A stretch of 64,000 nucleotides of DNA from positions 9,183 through 73,182 of IMG/VR virus record IMGVR_UViG_3300035659_001663. The stretch is one strand, 5' to 3'. The first letter of the stretch is position 1, and every line of letters starts with the position of its first letter. The DNA comes from a virus. Below the pieces are notes generated by a model that did not search any database, had not been told where the DNA came from, and saw only the letters and a list, made by a program, of their open reading frames with translations. Positions 9,864 through 20,188 of the stretch are shown piece by piece. A program made the translations under genes and the position numbers.

Positions 9864-10463
9864 ATGGTAAATATGAAATTACATATTCTAATGATCGATG
9901 CTCATGTAAAAGCGTATCCCGATCCTGCAAGAAGTAAAAGGATGGAGTGTATAGCTCAGGCGTATAAGATAGCTACTGAAGAGGGGCATGAGTTTGAGCT
10001 GATGCAAAACACTGAGCTACAGCAGTATTTTGATGAGCCTATCTGGGATATGGATTATGGTCCGGTTCTTACCTTCGCGAGGATATGTGATCCGTTGAGA
10101 TGGAGGAAAGCATCATATATTCCTAATCTACTGTACTTGGATACGGATGTGTATTTGAACTACATACCTGAAATGTTGCCAGGAAAACCATATCTTGCTG
10201 GTAACTTTATAATAGGGACAAATGACTGCTGTGATGCGATAAAGAAAATAGTGAGAGCGGGTTATTTACCGGATGCTCACTGCATGTTTACAGATGATTG
10301 TTATATTCATTACCGATTGAGTGCTGAAAGGATAAAGCCAATTGCTCCAGAAACTTTGATGAAATACTATACAGATCCTGTCATGGTTGAAAAGAATCGT
10401 AAACCGTGGATGACTTGGATTGAAGGAGAAGATGTGCAGATTGGGTGTGATTCATGGCGTTAA
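9864..10463 (+). CDS. Putative DxD glycosyltransferase (GT-A-like, small)
   Basis: DPLRW...LLYLDTDVYL resembles the DxD core of GT32-like enzymes. Confidence 0.5.
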   Translation: MVNMKLHILMIDAHVKAYPDPARSKRMECIAQAYKIATEEGHEFELMQNTELQQYFDEPIWDMDYGPVLTFARICDPLRWRKASYIPNLLYLDTDVYLNYIPEMLPGKPYLAGNFIIGTNDCCDAIKKIVRAGYLPDAHCMFTDDCYIHYRLSAERIKPIAPETLMKYYTDPVMVEKNRKPWMTWIEGEDVQIGCDSWR

Positions 10464-12199
10464 CAAAACTATTTGATTCTGTTCTATACCCACCGGGAGA
10501 TATTGTAGTAGACAATTCTGGGTATGTTATTATAGATGATCCCTCTACTGGTATGTATGCTTATCAATGGACAGGTTCGACCCTATCTTTAATAACGAGT
10601 TATTTGGTACCCGCAGTTTCAATTTATGGAAACAGATCAATATACTACAACGGTACATATATCTTTAGGATAGTTGGATCTAACCTAAAAGCATACACGT
10701 TCAATGGATCTGTATTCGCAGAAGTAGGATCAATAGCTATTCCCTATAGCAGTAGCATATCTGCTATGGTAGTGCAATGGGGAGGGACACAGATTGTAAT
10801 AAATTCTGCCAGTCCTTACCCATACGGTCATATGATGCTATTTACGTTTAGCGGTAGTTTTACGTACTATGGGACCTTTACTCCAAGTCCATTTGGATTA
10901 TTCGTTCCTTACACACCTCATCAAATGATGTATGGTTCCTTTACAGGAGGCACATATCAAGTTTCGGATGCTGGATATTTAGGATATGCTTCTGTATACC
11001 CAGGACCTACACCTGGTAGTATAAGTATGTTTGGAGGCGGAGGTGGAACGAAGCTCTTTAGTAAGAGAAGTGTAAAATTCTATACCTCTGGCTCTTCGGC
11101 CTTCTACGTGAATGGAAATGTTACTAATAGATATATGGACTATGGCGGAGTAAATCTTGATTATGATGGATCATATTTATATCTTGTTTCCAATGTAAGT
11201 GGAACTCCTAAAGTTGAAAAGATAGACATAACAACTAACCCTTGTACAGTCATTGATTCCATTACTTATACTGGCACTTACTATAATGCATGTGTAGCTG
11301 GAAGAAATGACTTAATCTTTGTCAACGAATCATCTGGTCCATACCTGTCGGTATGGGGTGCACTCGTCTACTCAAAAATGTATTTAGTCCAACGAACTAA
11401 TAGACATGTAGTTAAAGAATTGAATGTTAGTAGTTTGCCAGCAATATATACTGGTAAAGAATTTGGATTATATGGTGAATCAGGGTCAAACAGTTTGATG
11501 ATGAAGTTTCCAAATGGTATTGTATCTACCATTGATGGCATATTTGTTTGTGACACGTTGAACAAAAGAATATTGAAGTTAGATGATAATTTAACATATG
11601 TAGCTGAATACAGTACAGTTAACACTATTGGTGAACCATATAAAATAATGCTTAATAGTTATTTGTATGTCGTTGGAGTGTATAATAATTTTACTAGAAT
11701 TCAGAAACTAGATACTGATTTTAGTAATCTTGGTGTAAGTGGCAATTTACATGCAATAGGACAACGTATTGATAATCCAACTGCTGTTTGTAGAGGATTT
11801 GGTAGTGACTTTATCTTAGTGACAGGTTCAATGTTAGATATTTGCGAGACTACAGAGTCATCAGGTTTTGCACCATTTGTTGTTAGACATATTGTGGGAG
11901 AAGAATCGAAAGAATATTATGGTATGATTTATCACTCTAATGAAAATGTGTATGTTAATGATGGTCAAAAAATACTAAAGGTAAACTCTAACTATGAAAA
12001 TATCGGTGATTCAAATAGGATTGCTAAGACGATTAGAGGATTGAAAGAAGATCGTGATGGTAATTTGTTAATTTATAATGTCGATCGACAAAAGATAATG
12101 AAATATGATGAAGATTTGAATTTTGTTGAGGACGTTTTTATTGGTTCTGGTAGTGGAATTGCAAATGATGCTTATGATATTGTTGATTTTTTTGGTTGA
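10454..12199 (+). CDS. Two-domain beta-rich protein with C-terminal NHL-like domain (paralog 3)
   Basis: C-terminal domain begins YLVQRTNRHVVKEL (~11380) and ends NDAYDIVDF. Confidence 0.8.
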   Translation: MALTKLFDSVLYPPGDIVVDNSGYVIIDDPSTGMYAYQWTGSTLSLITSYLVPAVSIYGNRSIYYNGTYIFRIVGSNLKAYTFNGSVFAEVGSIAIPYSSSISAMVVQWGGTQIVINSASPYPYGHMMLFTFSGSFTYYGTFTPSPFGLFVPYTPHQMMYGSFTGGTYQVSDAGYLGYASVYPGPTPGSISMFGGGGGTKLFSKRSVKFYTSGSSAFYVNGNVTNRYMDYGGVNLDYDGSYLYLVSNVSGTPKVEKIDITTNPCTVIDSITYTGTYYNACVAGRNDLIFVNESSGPYLSVWGALVYSKMYLVQRTNRHVVKELNVSSLPAIYTGKEFGLYGESGSNSLMMKFPNGIVSTIDGIFVCDTLNKRILKLDDNLTYVAEYSTVNTIGEPYKIMLNSYLYVVGVYNNFTRIQKLDTDFSNLGVSGNLHAIGQRIDNPTAVCRGFGSDFILVTGSMLDICETTESSGFAPFVVRHIVGEESKEYYGMIYHSNENVYVNDGQKILKVNSNYENIGDSNRIAKTIRGLKEDRDGNLLIYNVDRQKIMKYDEDLNFVEDVFIGSGSGIANDAYDIVDFFG

Positions 12200-12244
12200 A
12201 CAGAACAGTATTCTATTGTTTTTATCTGTCATCTAATTGTAAGT

Positions 12245-13579
12245 ATGGAAAAACTAACAACTAAACTCACTGTCGAGACTGATAATGGAAGGCCTGCAAG
12301 CTCTCCGTCTTTGATTGTTAAGCCGACAGGTCAAAAATTTGTTTTTTATACAAAACAGTTCACGTCTGGAAGAACAAGTGATTCTAATGTGACTTTTACA
12401 TTGCCAAATATTGTTAATATAGAAGCGGGCAGTGGAACACTTAATAGTATTGTAATTTCATGGAGTGCAGTTTCTCCGACAGTAAGTTATAATTCATTTG
12501 ATATTGTTTATGTCGATTCTTCTGGCAATGTGATTGTTTCAGATACTTGGGACATGACAACTATAGCTTCATCTATAGTTCTTGCATACGTTTATGTAGG
12601 CGGATCTGCAATTACGTCTCTTGAACAAGTGGAAAAGATGGGTCTTTATGTTTATTCTCAGAAGCAAGTATTAGTAGGTTCTGTGTGGCAGTGGATTGAT
12701 CAGGAATACCTTGTAAATACAGGAGAACAACCAAGAGCTTTTTATGATCAGGCAAGTGACAAGATTTATTTACAGTATAAAAAGGATAGTTCAGTTTACT
12801 TACGGATATTTGATCCTTCTGATGAATTGTCTTGGAGATACATACCGAATACATTTATTCAGGCTCCAAACATAGTTCATTTGAATCGTGACCCTCAAGC
12901 ATCTATACAGTTTATTGCTGGCGCTGGTGATTTTGCAGACCAGACTGTACTTGATGCTGAGTTATTTCCATTGAGCGCAACAGGTCTTAGTTTTCAGTTA
13001 GTTAGCACTGTTTTTGAATCATTTATTTACATTCCGTATCTTACAGGTAGTTATCTTCAGTATCTTCATTATCCCTATACCATAGAGATAGGTCATTTAA
13101 GTGGGGGTAATTTTGTAGTTGAAGATTCTGTTGTTATGAGTGACAATGACACTTATGATAGATGGCATAAATGGACAGGAACTCTTGGTCTAAAGTATCT
13201 CAGGGTAAGATGTTTCTCGTCTTTGATGGGTGGAGAATACTTTACCCCGCCTGCCAATTACAAACAGGTTTTGATATTTGATCCTTTTGAGTACCAAGAG
13301 ACTATCGGGAATACTGAGAATATACAGATACTTACTGAGCCAGTTAATTTTGAGGCTTCAAGTGCGAAGTTAGGGCAAATAATCAAGACCTTCGAGTACG
13401 AAGAGTCCAGGGATTTTGAACAAGATGCTGTTTTATTTGAAGTAGGGACAGGATCTTTTGGACAGATAACAAAAACTTTTGAATACGAAGAGTCCAGGGA
13501 TTTTGAGCAAGATACTATTCCTGCATTTCAGGTAGGCGCTGGATATAGTGCTATTATGACTACTGTAAATATATCGTAA
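12245..13579 (+). CDS. Putative virion structural protein
   Basis: Beta-rich; C-terminal tandem repeat KTFEYEESRDFEQD x2. Confidence 0.65.
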   Translation: MEKLTTKLTVETDNGRPASSPSLIVKPTGQKFVFYTKQFTSGRTSDSNVTFTLPNIVNIEAGSGTLNSIVISWSAVSPTVSYNSFDIVYVDSSGNVIVSDTWDMTTIASSIVLAYVYVGGSAITSLEQVEKMGLYVYSQKQVLVGSVWQWIDQEYLVNTGEQPRAFYDQASDKIYLQYKKDSSVYLRIFDPSDELSWRYIPNTFIQAPNIVHLNRDPQASIQFIAGAGDFADQTVLDAELFPLSATGLSFQLVSTVFESFIYIPYLTGSYLQYLHYPYTIEIGHLSGGNFVVEDSVVMSDNDTYDRWHKWTGTLGLKYLRVRCFSSLMGGEYFTPPANYKQVLIFDPFEYQETIGNTENIQILTEPVNFEASSAKLGQIIKTFEYEESRDFEQDAVLFEVGTGSFGQITKTFEYEESRDFEQDTIPAFQVGAGYSAIMTTVNIS

Positions 13580-13589
13580 GGAGCTTGTC

Positions 13590-16500
13590 ATGTTCAAGAA
13601 CAAAGGTTTGTACGAGTGGAAGCTAATTGAAAGCGACAAAGTTGTGGCTGAGGGGTCACAGTGGAATACTTCTACGGATCAGATGCCATTGGTGTTTGGA
13701 TGTTGGGAAGGTAACGCCCTGTTCGGTAACAATCCCAGAGAGATAACGCTGTCAGGCTCTACAGTTCCAGCAGAAGACTTTCGCCAAAGATACTCCCCTT
13801 GGCAGCGCATCACTACTCTATCAAGTGGAAGATCCACATCTCTAAGTCTAGTGACCGATCCTATCTTGAATAGTGCTTATGTGCAATATCTATTTGCCCC
13901 TCCGGGTGCTCCTCGCACTATCAGAGTTATAGGATCAAACTTTAATGTTGGTTCATCTTATCCATACGACTATGCATCTTTTATTGAGTTGTCCGTACCT
14001 ATCACGCAGCAGATCAATCAATATCTCTTTGTTAAGTACACGATTTTCCACAGTTTTACCGCAGGAGGTTACAATTCACCTAACAATCACTATATCCAGC
14101 GCAAGATTACACAGAACTTGATGTATTATGCGTGCCGAGTTTTTGGATTGAGTAATAGCGTTCAAGGGATAAGCCCGTTTAATCCACCAACCACGCTGAA
14201 TAATGTGATGAGGCATATTTGGCGATTGGATGAGGCAGCCAGCATTCAGTGGTCCGGTCCTTGTTACGGCCATAAATGGGCAAGGGACTATGCCACTACC
14301 GAGTTGGTTGGTCCAATGGGTGTTTTTGTTTTTGGCCGTCCAAGTAGAGGGTCTGATCCTACGGATATAGCTGTTACTATTGGATATTCTACCCCTTCTG
14401 ATTTTGGACCCGCTATATCTCGTGTTTTCACACATCCTTCTGGTTATATGGACCAGATTTTTAGTGATCCCGGTCACACACCGTCGTCTCAAGGGACGAT
14501 TGCTTTGTCTGGAACACCTACCAATAAACATCCTATTATTGGACGTGTACGAATTACAAAGACAGGGGATGCTTCAGATATTATTGATGATACATTCACT
14601 GTATCTGGTCCTCCTACGGATACTATTGTTACAAATAGTAGTCAAGGGCATTTAGTGGATGAACTTGTTCGGTTCACTTCCACAACTACTCTTCCTGATC
14701 CATTGCTTCCTGATACTAGCTATCATATTGTTTATAAGAGCGGAACAAGCATGAAAGTATCGTCTGTTCAAGGCGGTACTCCAATTACACTTAATGATGT
14801 TGGTACTGGTATACATACAGTTATTAGATGGAACACGGGTCGATTCTCTCTTGAACTTGAGCCGTGGTCTTACATATATAGTGCAGGTTCATGGAGAGGT
14901 TATCCGGTATGGCAGTTGTCTATGGGCGTTGATGTCGATGGCAAGATGCAAGCCCATGATAATCAGGAGAGCATAGCGGAGTATCAAGCGACGGCGAGAA
15001 CAGACAACATGATAGAGGATCAAGTTCAGGTAGGGGACTTTATCTATTCTATTCAGAAGAGCCGATCCACGGAATTGCAGAACGTGTGCCGTTGGCGTTT
15101 CTGGACCATTGAGACTTCTGAGTCGTTGTGTAAGTTTGGTACTACTGGAACAAAAGCATATCGGATGGTCAAGGTTGGTACTAATGTCTACATAGCGACA
15201 TCAGATGGGTTGTACCTGTATAGCACTCTCACCCCCACTGTTGCACCGTCACTCTTGACAATTACTAATATCTTATCTAATCCAATTTATGATTTAGCGT
15301 ATGACCCAATCTCAGGGTATCTATGGTCTGGTCATACGGCAGGTCTTAGCAAGATTGATCTTGGCGCGTCTACGGCAACTCAGTATATTACGGGTATGGG
15401 CGAGAAACTTGAAGGGATGTCTGCTGGAAGAGCACATATTGCTACAGGACAATTGGAAGCGTACAATGGCCGTGTTATACGTGGAGGTCGTCAAAGGCTT
15501 GTCGGGGATCAATATTTTACGGATGGCGAGAAGGCTTGGGTGCTACAAGATGAAGTTCACGACGGGAACAGTATAGGATGGTGCTCTTTTGGGGGAGCCT
15601 ACGATGATTCAGCAAGAGGAACGTGTCTGCGAAAAGGTACAAATGAGATTATTGATGTTTCGGGTGGTAATCTTATGAGATACACTGTTGTAGTTACCGG
15701 AGTTGGTACTGGAACTATAACTATAGAGGACACTTGGGTTTTGGAAGGTGTTGGTGCTTATTATGAAGGATATGTGGCACAAATATCTGATAAAACATTT
15801 CAATTTTCTTTTCAGAGTAGTAGTGGTAGGTTTTATGGACAAACTTACGTCATAGGAGGATCACATGGATCGTTAATAATAGACACATCTTTTGCTAGTT
15901 GGTCCCAGGCATATCAATACATGGGTTGGCCTTATGCAGGTACAACTAACTGGTACGCCCATGCATTCCGCAACACTGTAGACCTTGGAAACGGAGTTAT
16001 CGTCCCTATTGCTCATTTCAACTCGATGCACTATAATGCAGAACTCGGTTATCCAACACCATTTGGGTGGAGCGGTTCTGCTTGGATTAAGGACAATACT
16101 GGCGACCGTCCGATTCCAAAGACAGGTACGACTGCACTTCTTCAGGGTGTAAGTGTTGCATTCAACAACGCAACGGGCAAGCCGTGGGACCAGCAGTTTG
16201 TTTTGGGCGATAGATTTACATGGGTTCATGGCCCCAATAAGATCAAAGACAACCTCCAGACGATGAGTGTTGCAGCTAAGAATTACCATGTTCCTGTAGA
16301 TGTTGCAAATGCTATTGCATTTCAGATTCCTGCCGCAACTCCTTACGTTAAGCACGTAACGGAAACTACTGATCCTGATTTCCGAGCTACTGACCCTGAC
16401 CCGATGGTTGTGAAAGTTATGGAGGGTGTGACGGCGTATACTTCTTATGTCCCTACAATCATATCAACGTGGTCCGTGTCTGATCTACCTAATGACACGA

Positions 16501-16850
16501 TAGCGTGTGGTTTGAATATCGCAGACGGCACGCCTGTGAAGTTGTATCATTCAGAAACTAATCAATCGAATTTCATGTTTCCTACTCCGTTAGTCGATGG
16601 CGGTATTTATTATGCAATCAATGTAGATACTACACATATTAAGTTAGCCGCGACTTATGCAGACGCAATGGCACATACCCCAATAGATTTCAAGAACGGA
16701 GGATACGCTTTTGGACCCGTATGGCGTATTGCCGTTATTACACCGGGAACAGGGGAGTATTCCTTCGGTTCCAACGGAGTATTTATCTTTGCAGCAGCAG
16801 ACGCAAACAAGAACTTGACCTTAACTTATACTTATTCACTTTTTGCTTAG
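13590..16850 (+). CDS. Large putative tail/baseplate or adhesion protein
   Basis: 1086 aa, beta-rich, propeller-like centre; two related modules (LPDPLLPDTSYHIV..MKVS / PTPLVDGGIYYAI..IKLA). Confidence 0.6.
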   Translation: MFKNKGLYEWKLIESDKVVAEGSQWNTSTDQMPLVFGCWEGNALFGNNPREITLSGSTVPAEDFRQRYSPWQRITTLSSGRSTSLSLVTDPILNSAYVQYLFAPPGAPRTIRVIGSNFNVGSSYPYDYASFIELSVPITQQINQYLFVKYTIFHSFTAGGYNSPNNHYIQRKITQNLMYYACRVFGLSNSVQGISPFNPPTTLNNVMRHIWRLDEAASIQWSGPCYGHKWARDYATTELVGPMGVFVFGRPSRGSDPTDIAVTIGYSTPSDFGPAISRVFTHPSGYMDQIFSDPGHTPSSQGTIALSGTPTNKHPIIGRVRITKTGDASDIIDDTFTVSGPPTDTIVTNSSQGHLVDELVRFTSTTTLPDPLLPDTSYHIVYKSGTSMKVSSVQGGTPITLNDVGTGIHTVIRWNTGRFSLELEPWSYIYSAGSWRGYPVWQLSMGVDVDGKMQAHDNQESIAEYQATARTDNMIEDQVQVGDFIYSIQKSRSTELQNVCRWRFWTIETSESLCKFGTTGTKAYRMVKVGTNVYIATSDGLYLYSTLTPTVAPSLLTITNILSNPIYDLAYDPISGYLWSGHTAGLSKIDLGASTATQYITGMGEKLEGMSAGRAHIATGQLEAYNGRVIRGGRQRLVGDQYFTDGEKAWVLQDEVHDGNSIGWCSFGGAYDDSARGTCLRKGTNEIIDVSGGNLMRYTVVVTGVGTGTITIEDTWVLEGVGAYYEGYVAQISDKTFQFSFQSSSGRFYGQTYVIGGSHGSLIIDTSFASWSQAYQYMGWPYAGTTNWYAHAFRNTVDLGNGVIVPIAHFNSMHYNAELGYPTPFGWSGSAWIKDNTGDRPIPKTGTTALLQGVSVAFNNATGKPWDQQFVLGDRFTWVHGPNKIKDNLQTMSVAAKNYHVPVDVANAIAFQIPAATPYVKHVTETTDPDFRATDPDPMVVKVMEGVTAYTSYVPTIISTWSVSDLPNDTIACGLNIADGTPVKLYHSETNQSNFMFPTPLVDGGIYYAINVDTTHIKLAATYADAMAHTPIDFKNGGYAFGPVWRIAVITPGTGEYSFGSNGVFIFAAADANKNLTLTYTYSLFA

Positions 16851-16858
16851 GAGATACT

Positions 16859-17068
16859 ATGACCACGGAAGACATTGTTGCTTTGATCGCCCGTCAAGAG
16901 TATCTGACTGCACAGCTTAAAGTTCAGGTATTGAAAGATCCTATTGTGAAGGAGGATACATTTACTGCACTGACCAATCTTCTCAAGGTATCAGAGGCTT
17001 TGGATGATGGTATATGTGAAAATCTTGGTATTGAGTATGTTGTAAAACTCAGGATGGGTCAGTTCTGA
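16859..17068 (+). CDS. Small hypothetical protein
   Basis: AGGAG RBS then ATG 16859 (MTTEDIVAL...); the longer ORF-track start overlaps the upstream gene. Confidence 0.6.
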   Translation: MTTEDIVALIARQEYLTAQLKVQVLKDPIVKEDTFTALTNLLKVSEALDDGICENLGIEYVVKLRMGQF

Positions 17069-17070
17069 AT

Positions 17071-20000
17071 ATGTCGCTACCTGTAACTGATAAGCAAGAA
17101 CTTTTTGTAAATGGGTATGGTACTGAGTCCATACCTCAAGGGATTTCTGTTAAGGGATCTCTGTGGACTGTCATGCAGTCTTATGGGAAGTTGTTGATAA
17201 AGGAGTATTATAGTGATAGTGTTTTTTCTATAAAATTGTTTTTATACAATTTTACAACATCTTCAGCTCTTCAAAGTAATGGGTCTTTTTATACAGATCG
17301 TTTTTGGGTTTGGTACATTAATACTAGTAAAGTTCTTACTTTACTTGAAATCGAACCAAATATTGGAATAGATCCAATACTTCATTTTTCTCGTATATTA
17401 CATTCTGATGTTAGTTCAGTCTCGGTTTATGTTAATGAATTTGATGTAGTTAGACTTTCAATTCTATCAAATTCTCTACCCAAGTCACTTAAGAGTTTGA
17501 CATATTTAGATGTAAAAACATCAACGCCTACAGAAACAAACTTATCATGGGACGCAACTCGACAAGATATTTTCACACAATTTGTTAATACTAACAAATC
17601 TAATTTATCTGTAGCTTATTCAAATGCGGCTTCACCATATTCAATCTACACTGAAGACTATTCTGTTCCAACTCCACTAAATTTGACAGCAGCACAAGTC
17701 GGTTCTAGTGCTAGTGTTCAAGTAGACTGGAATGCTTCAGTTGGATCAGATCAATACGTTTTAGAACGAGATACTAATGCTAGCTTTCCGTCACCGTCAG
17801 TGAGATATACTGGACCATTAATTACATTTTTAGATAGTGTAACAACTATCGGAATATATTATTATAGAGTAAAAGCCAGAGTGACATCGATCTATCTAGA
17901 ATCATCGTGGTCACTCACTGCTTCAGCTATAGTTTCTCTTCCAGTAGCTCCAACAGGATTGGCAGCTGTTAATGGTATATTATTGGGCGAAGTTGATACG
18001 TCGTGGAACATTGTATCTGGAGTTGACACTTACACATTGCAAAGAGCAAAAGACGCTTTATTCACAGTCAATTTGACAACTGTTTATACTGGTGCAACTG
18101 CTTTATTTGATGAATTTGTTACGCAGGCAGCTACATATTACTATCGTGTCAGATCACATAATATTCTTGGAAATTCGAGTTGGTCAACATATGCGTCTGT
18201 AATAGTTACTGGTCCGGCAATACCGACAAATTTAGTTGTAGTTGCTGGCAGTTTCCTTGGTCAAATTAATGCTTCTTGGAATGCAGTTCCTGAAGCGACT
18301 GATTATGTTTTACAACGAGACAAAGATATAATATTTGATGGTCCAATTGATGTCTATACGGGTTCAATCACGTCATTTACTGACACAGTATCTGAGACTG
18401 CAACATATTATTATCGTGTCAAAGCTAGAAATTTATTAGGTGACTCTGATTGGTCAATCGTTGCATTTATTTCTGTCAGTATGATTAGTATTACTTATAG
18501 AAAAGTGTTTGCGTCATTAAGAACTAATAGACATGTTATAAAACAACTTGATGCGATGGTCGAACCGTTTGTTTATGATGACAAGTATTTTGGATCGTTT
18601 GGAATTGCAGGCGGCGGGACGACAGGTTTGAATTTTCCAAACGGAATGACTGTTGATTTTGATAACAACATATATATATGTGATCACAATAATAGTCGTA
18701 TTGTTAAGTTAAACAAAAACTTATCATATATTGGATATCTTAACACAAAATTCACTATTGGTCAGCCTTGCGCAATAATGTTTAATACAGACGATCGTTA
18801 TCTATATATCACTGGAATTAGATATCATGACATCGCTGATGAAAATATCTATATGTATGTTGGTATTGAGAAATGTACAACATCTTTTACTGATGTCAAA
18901 TATTCAAACGATATCTTAGGATTTTATAGACGACTGAATCAACGATCGTTAATGTATAAGCCCAATAGTATCTGTCGTGGATTTATTACATTCGTTAATG
19001 AGTATTTGATTACAGGAGTTAACAAAACTATTTATAGAGTCATCGAGACACTTACAGGCTTCTCGACAGCTATTGAAGAATCAGTAGTCGGTGAGACAGC
19101 AGAGACATATGTTGGTATGGTCAGACATTCAAATGGTTATTTATATCTGAATACAGGTTCGCAAATAATAAAGACAGATGGTGTATTTATTAATATGGGC
19201 GATTCTGACATTTTAGCAAAAACATTATATGGTCTTAAACAAGGATTTGACGGTAATCTATTAACATATAATGTAGATAGACGGTCATTAATAGCAGTCG
19301 ATGCAGATTTGAATTATGTTGATGAATTTTATATAGATTCTGGTGACACACCTGCGACGAGCTTCTATGACACGTTTGATATTGCCGTTAATTATGTAGG
19401 CATTCCTCGCGATGTGTATAGTATCTTAAATACTCATGCTATACGATTATGGGCATCATTTTCTGAAGCTGGTCATTCGACAGGATATTCACCAAATACT
19501 GCTAGTCAAATAGATAGTTCTATTACTAGATTACAATTGATTAATTTCTTAGGCAGTGATCAAGTAAGCGATGGATTTTTGACATTAGACGCAGTCGCTG
19601 GCACTGGAACTGTTACAACAAACTTAACTGATAATTCTGTTAGAATTACAAGTGACTTGACGATAATCATTTGGCACAAATGGGACGATGTTGCTAGTTC
19701 AAGTGGCTGGATGCTAGACTGTTCAGGACCGTATGGTAGTCTAGCACAAGCAGATAACATGTTATATGGTATCTGGGTTACTAGTACTGGAAGCATAAAA
19801 TTATATCATAAAAACAATATAATCACAGTTCAAACTTTCTTTGCGACAATATTTCCACGAGATGGTCAGCAGCATATGTTAATGGTTCGTAGGAATGCAA
19901 CTGCAAAAACATATGATGTAAGTATAGATAATGGCGTAATTGAACAACAGCCATATCCTAGTAATCCAAATGGTGGAGGTAATGCAGTAGTTTCTATCGG

Positions 20001-20187
20001 TGGCAAAGATGTTGGCAGTAATAGAGTACGAGGTACTTACTCAGACGCTTACATATTTTCAGATTTATTGAATGATACTGAAATTGGCACTATGTATCAT
20101 TATGGTCCGTCAGAACCACCATGGTTCGATTACTCGAACTGGAATAATGGCACTGGTCTTGGTCATGTAATTTGGAAAGTAGCATGA
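17071..20187 (+). CDS. Multidomain virion protein: 3x fibronectin type III + NHL-like domain (paralog 4) + LamG/ConA-like C-terminus
   Basis: Three P.NL...W....YVLQR...YYYRVKA...S.WS repeats; RTNRHVIKQL...DTFDIA domain; C-terminal LTIIIWHK...IDNG...IGG...IFSDLLNDTEI. Confidence 0.8.
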   Translation: MSLPVTDKQELFVNGYGTESIPQGISVKGSLWTVMQSYGKLLIKEYYSDSVFSIKLFLYNFTTSSALQSNGSFYTDRFWVWYINTSKVLTLLEIEPNIGIDPILHFSRILHSDVSSVSVYVNEFDVVRLSILSNSLPKSLKSLTYLDVKTSTPTETNLSWDATRQDIFTQFVNTNKSNLSVAYSNAASPYSIYTEDYSVPTPLNLTAAQVGSSASVQVDWNASVGSDQYVLERDTNASFPSPSVRYTGPLITFLDSVTTIGIYYYRVKARVTSIYLESSWSLTASAIVSLPVAPTGLAAVNGILLGEVDTSWNIVSGVDTYTLQRAKDALFTVNLTTVYTGATALFDEFVTQAATYYYRVRSHNILGNSSWSTYASVIVTGPAIPTNLVVVAGSFLGQINASWNAVPEATDYVLQRDKDIIFDGPIDVYTGSITSFTDTVSETATYYYRVKARNLLGDSDWSIVAFISVSMISITYRKVFASLRTNRHVIKQLDAMVEPFVYDDKYFGSFGIAGGGTTGLNFPNGMTVDFDNNIYICDHNNSRIVKLNKNLSYIGYLNTKFTIGQPCAIMFNTDDRYLYITGIRYHDIADENIYMYVGIEKCTTSFTDVKYSNDILGFYRRLNQRSLMYKPNSICRGFITFVNEYLITGVNKTIYRVIETLTGFSTAIEESVVGETAETYVGMVRHSNGYLYLNTGSQIIKTDGVFINMGDSDILAKTLYGLKQGFDGNLLTYNVDRRSLIAVDADLNYVDEFYIDSGDTPATSFYDTFDIAVNYVGIPRDVYSILNTHAIRLWASFSEAGHSTGYSPNTASQIDSSITRLQLINFLGSDQVSDGFLTLDAVAGTGTVTTNLTDNSVRITSDLTIIIWHKWDDVASSSGWMLDCSGPYGSLAQADNMLYGIWVTSTGSIKLYHKNNIITVQTFFATIFPRDGQQHMLMVRRNATAKTYDVSIDNGVIEQQPYPSNPNGGGNAVVSIGGKDVGSNRVRGTYSDAYIFSDLLNDTEIGTMYHYGPSEPPWFDYSNWNNGTGLGHVIWKVA

Positions 20188-20188
20188 A

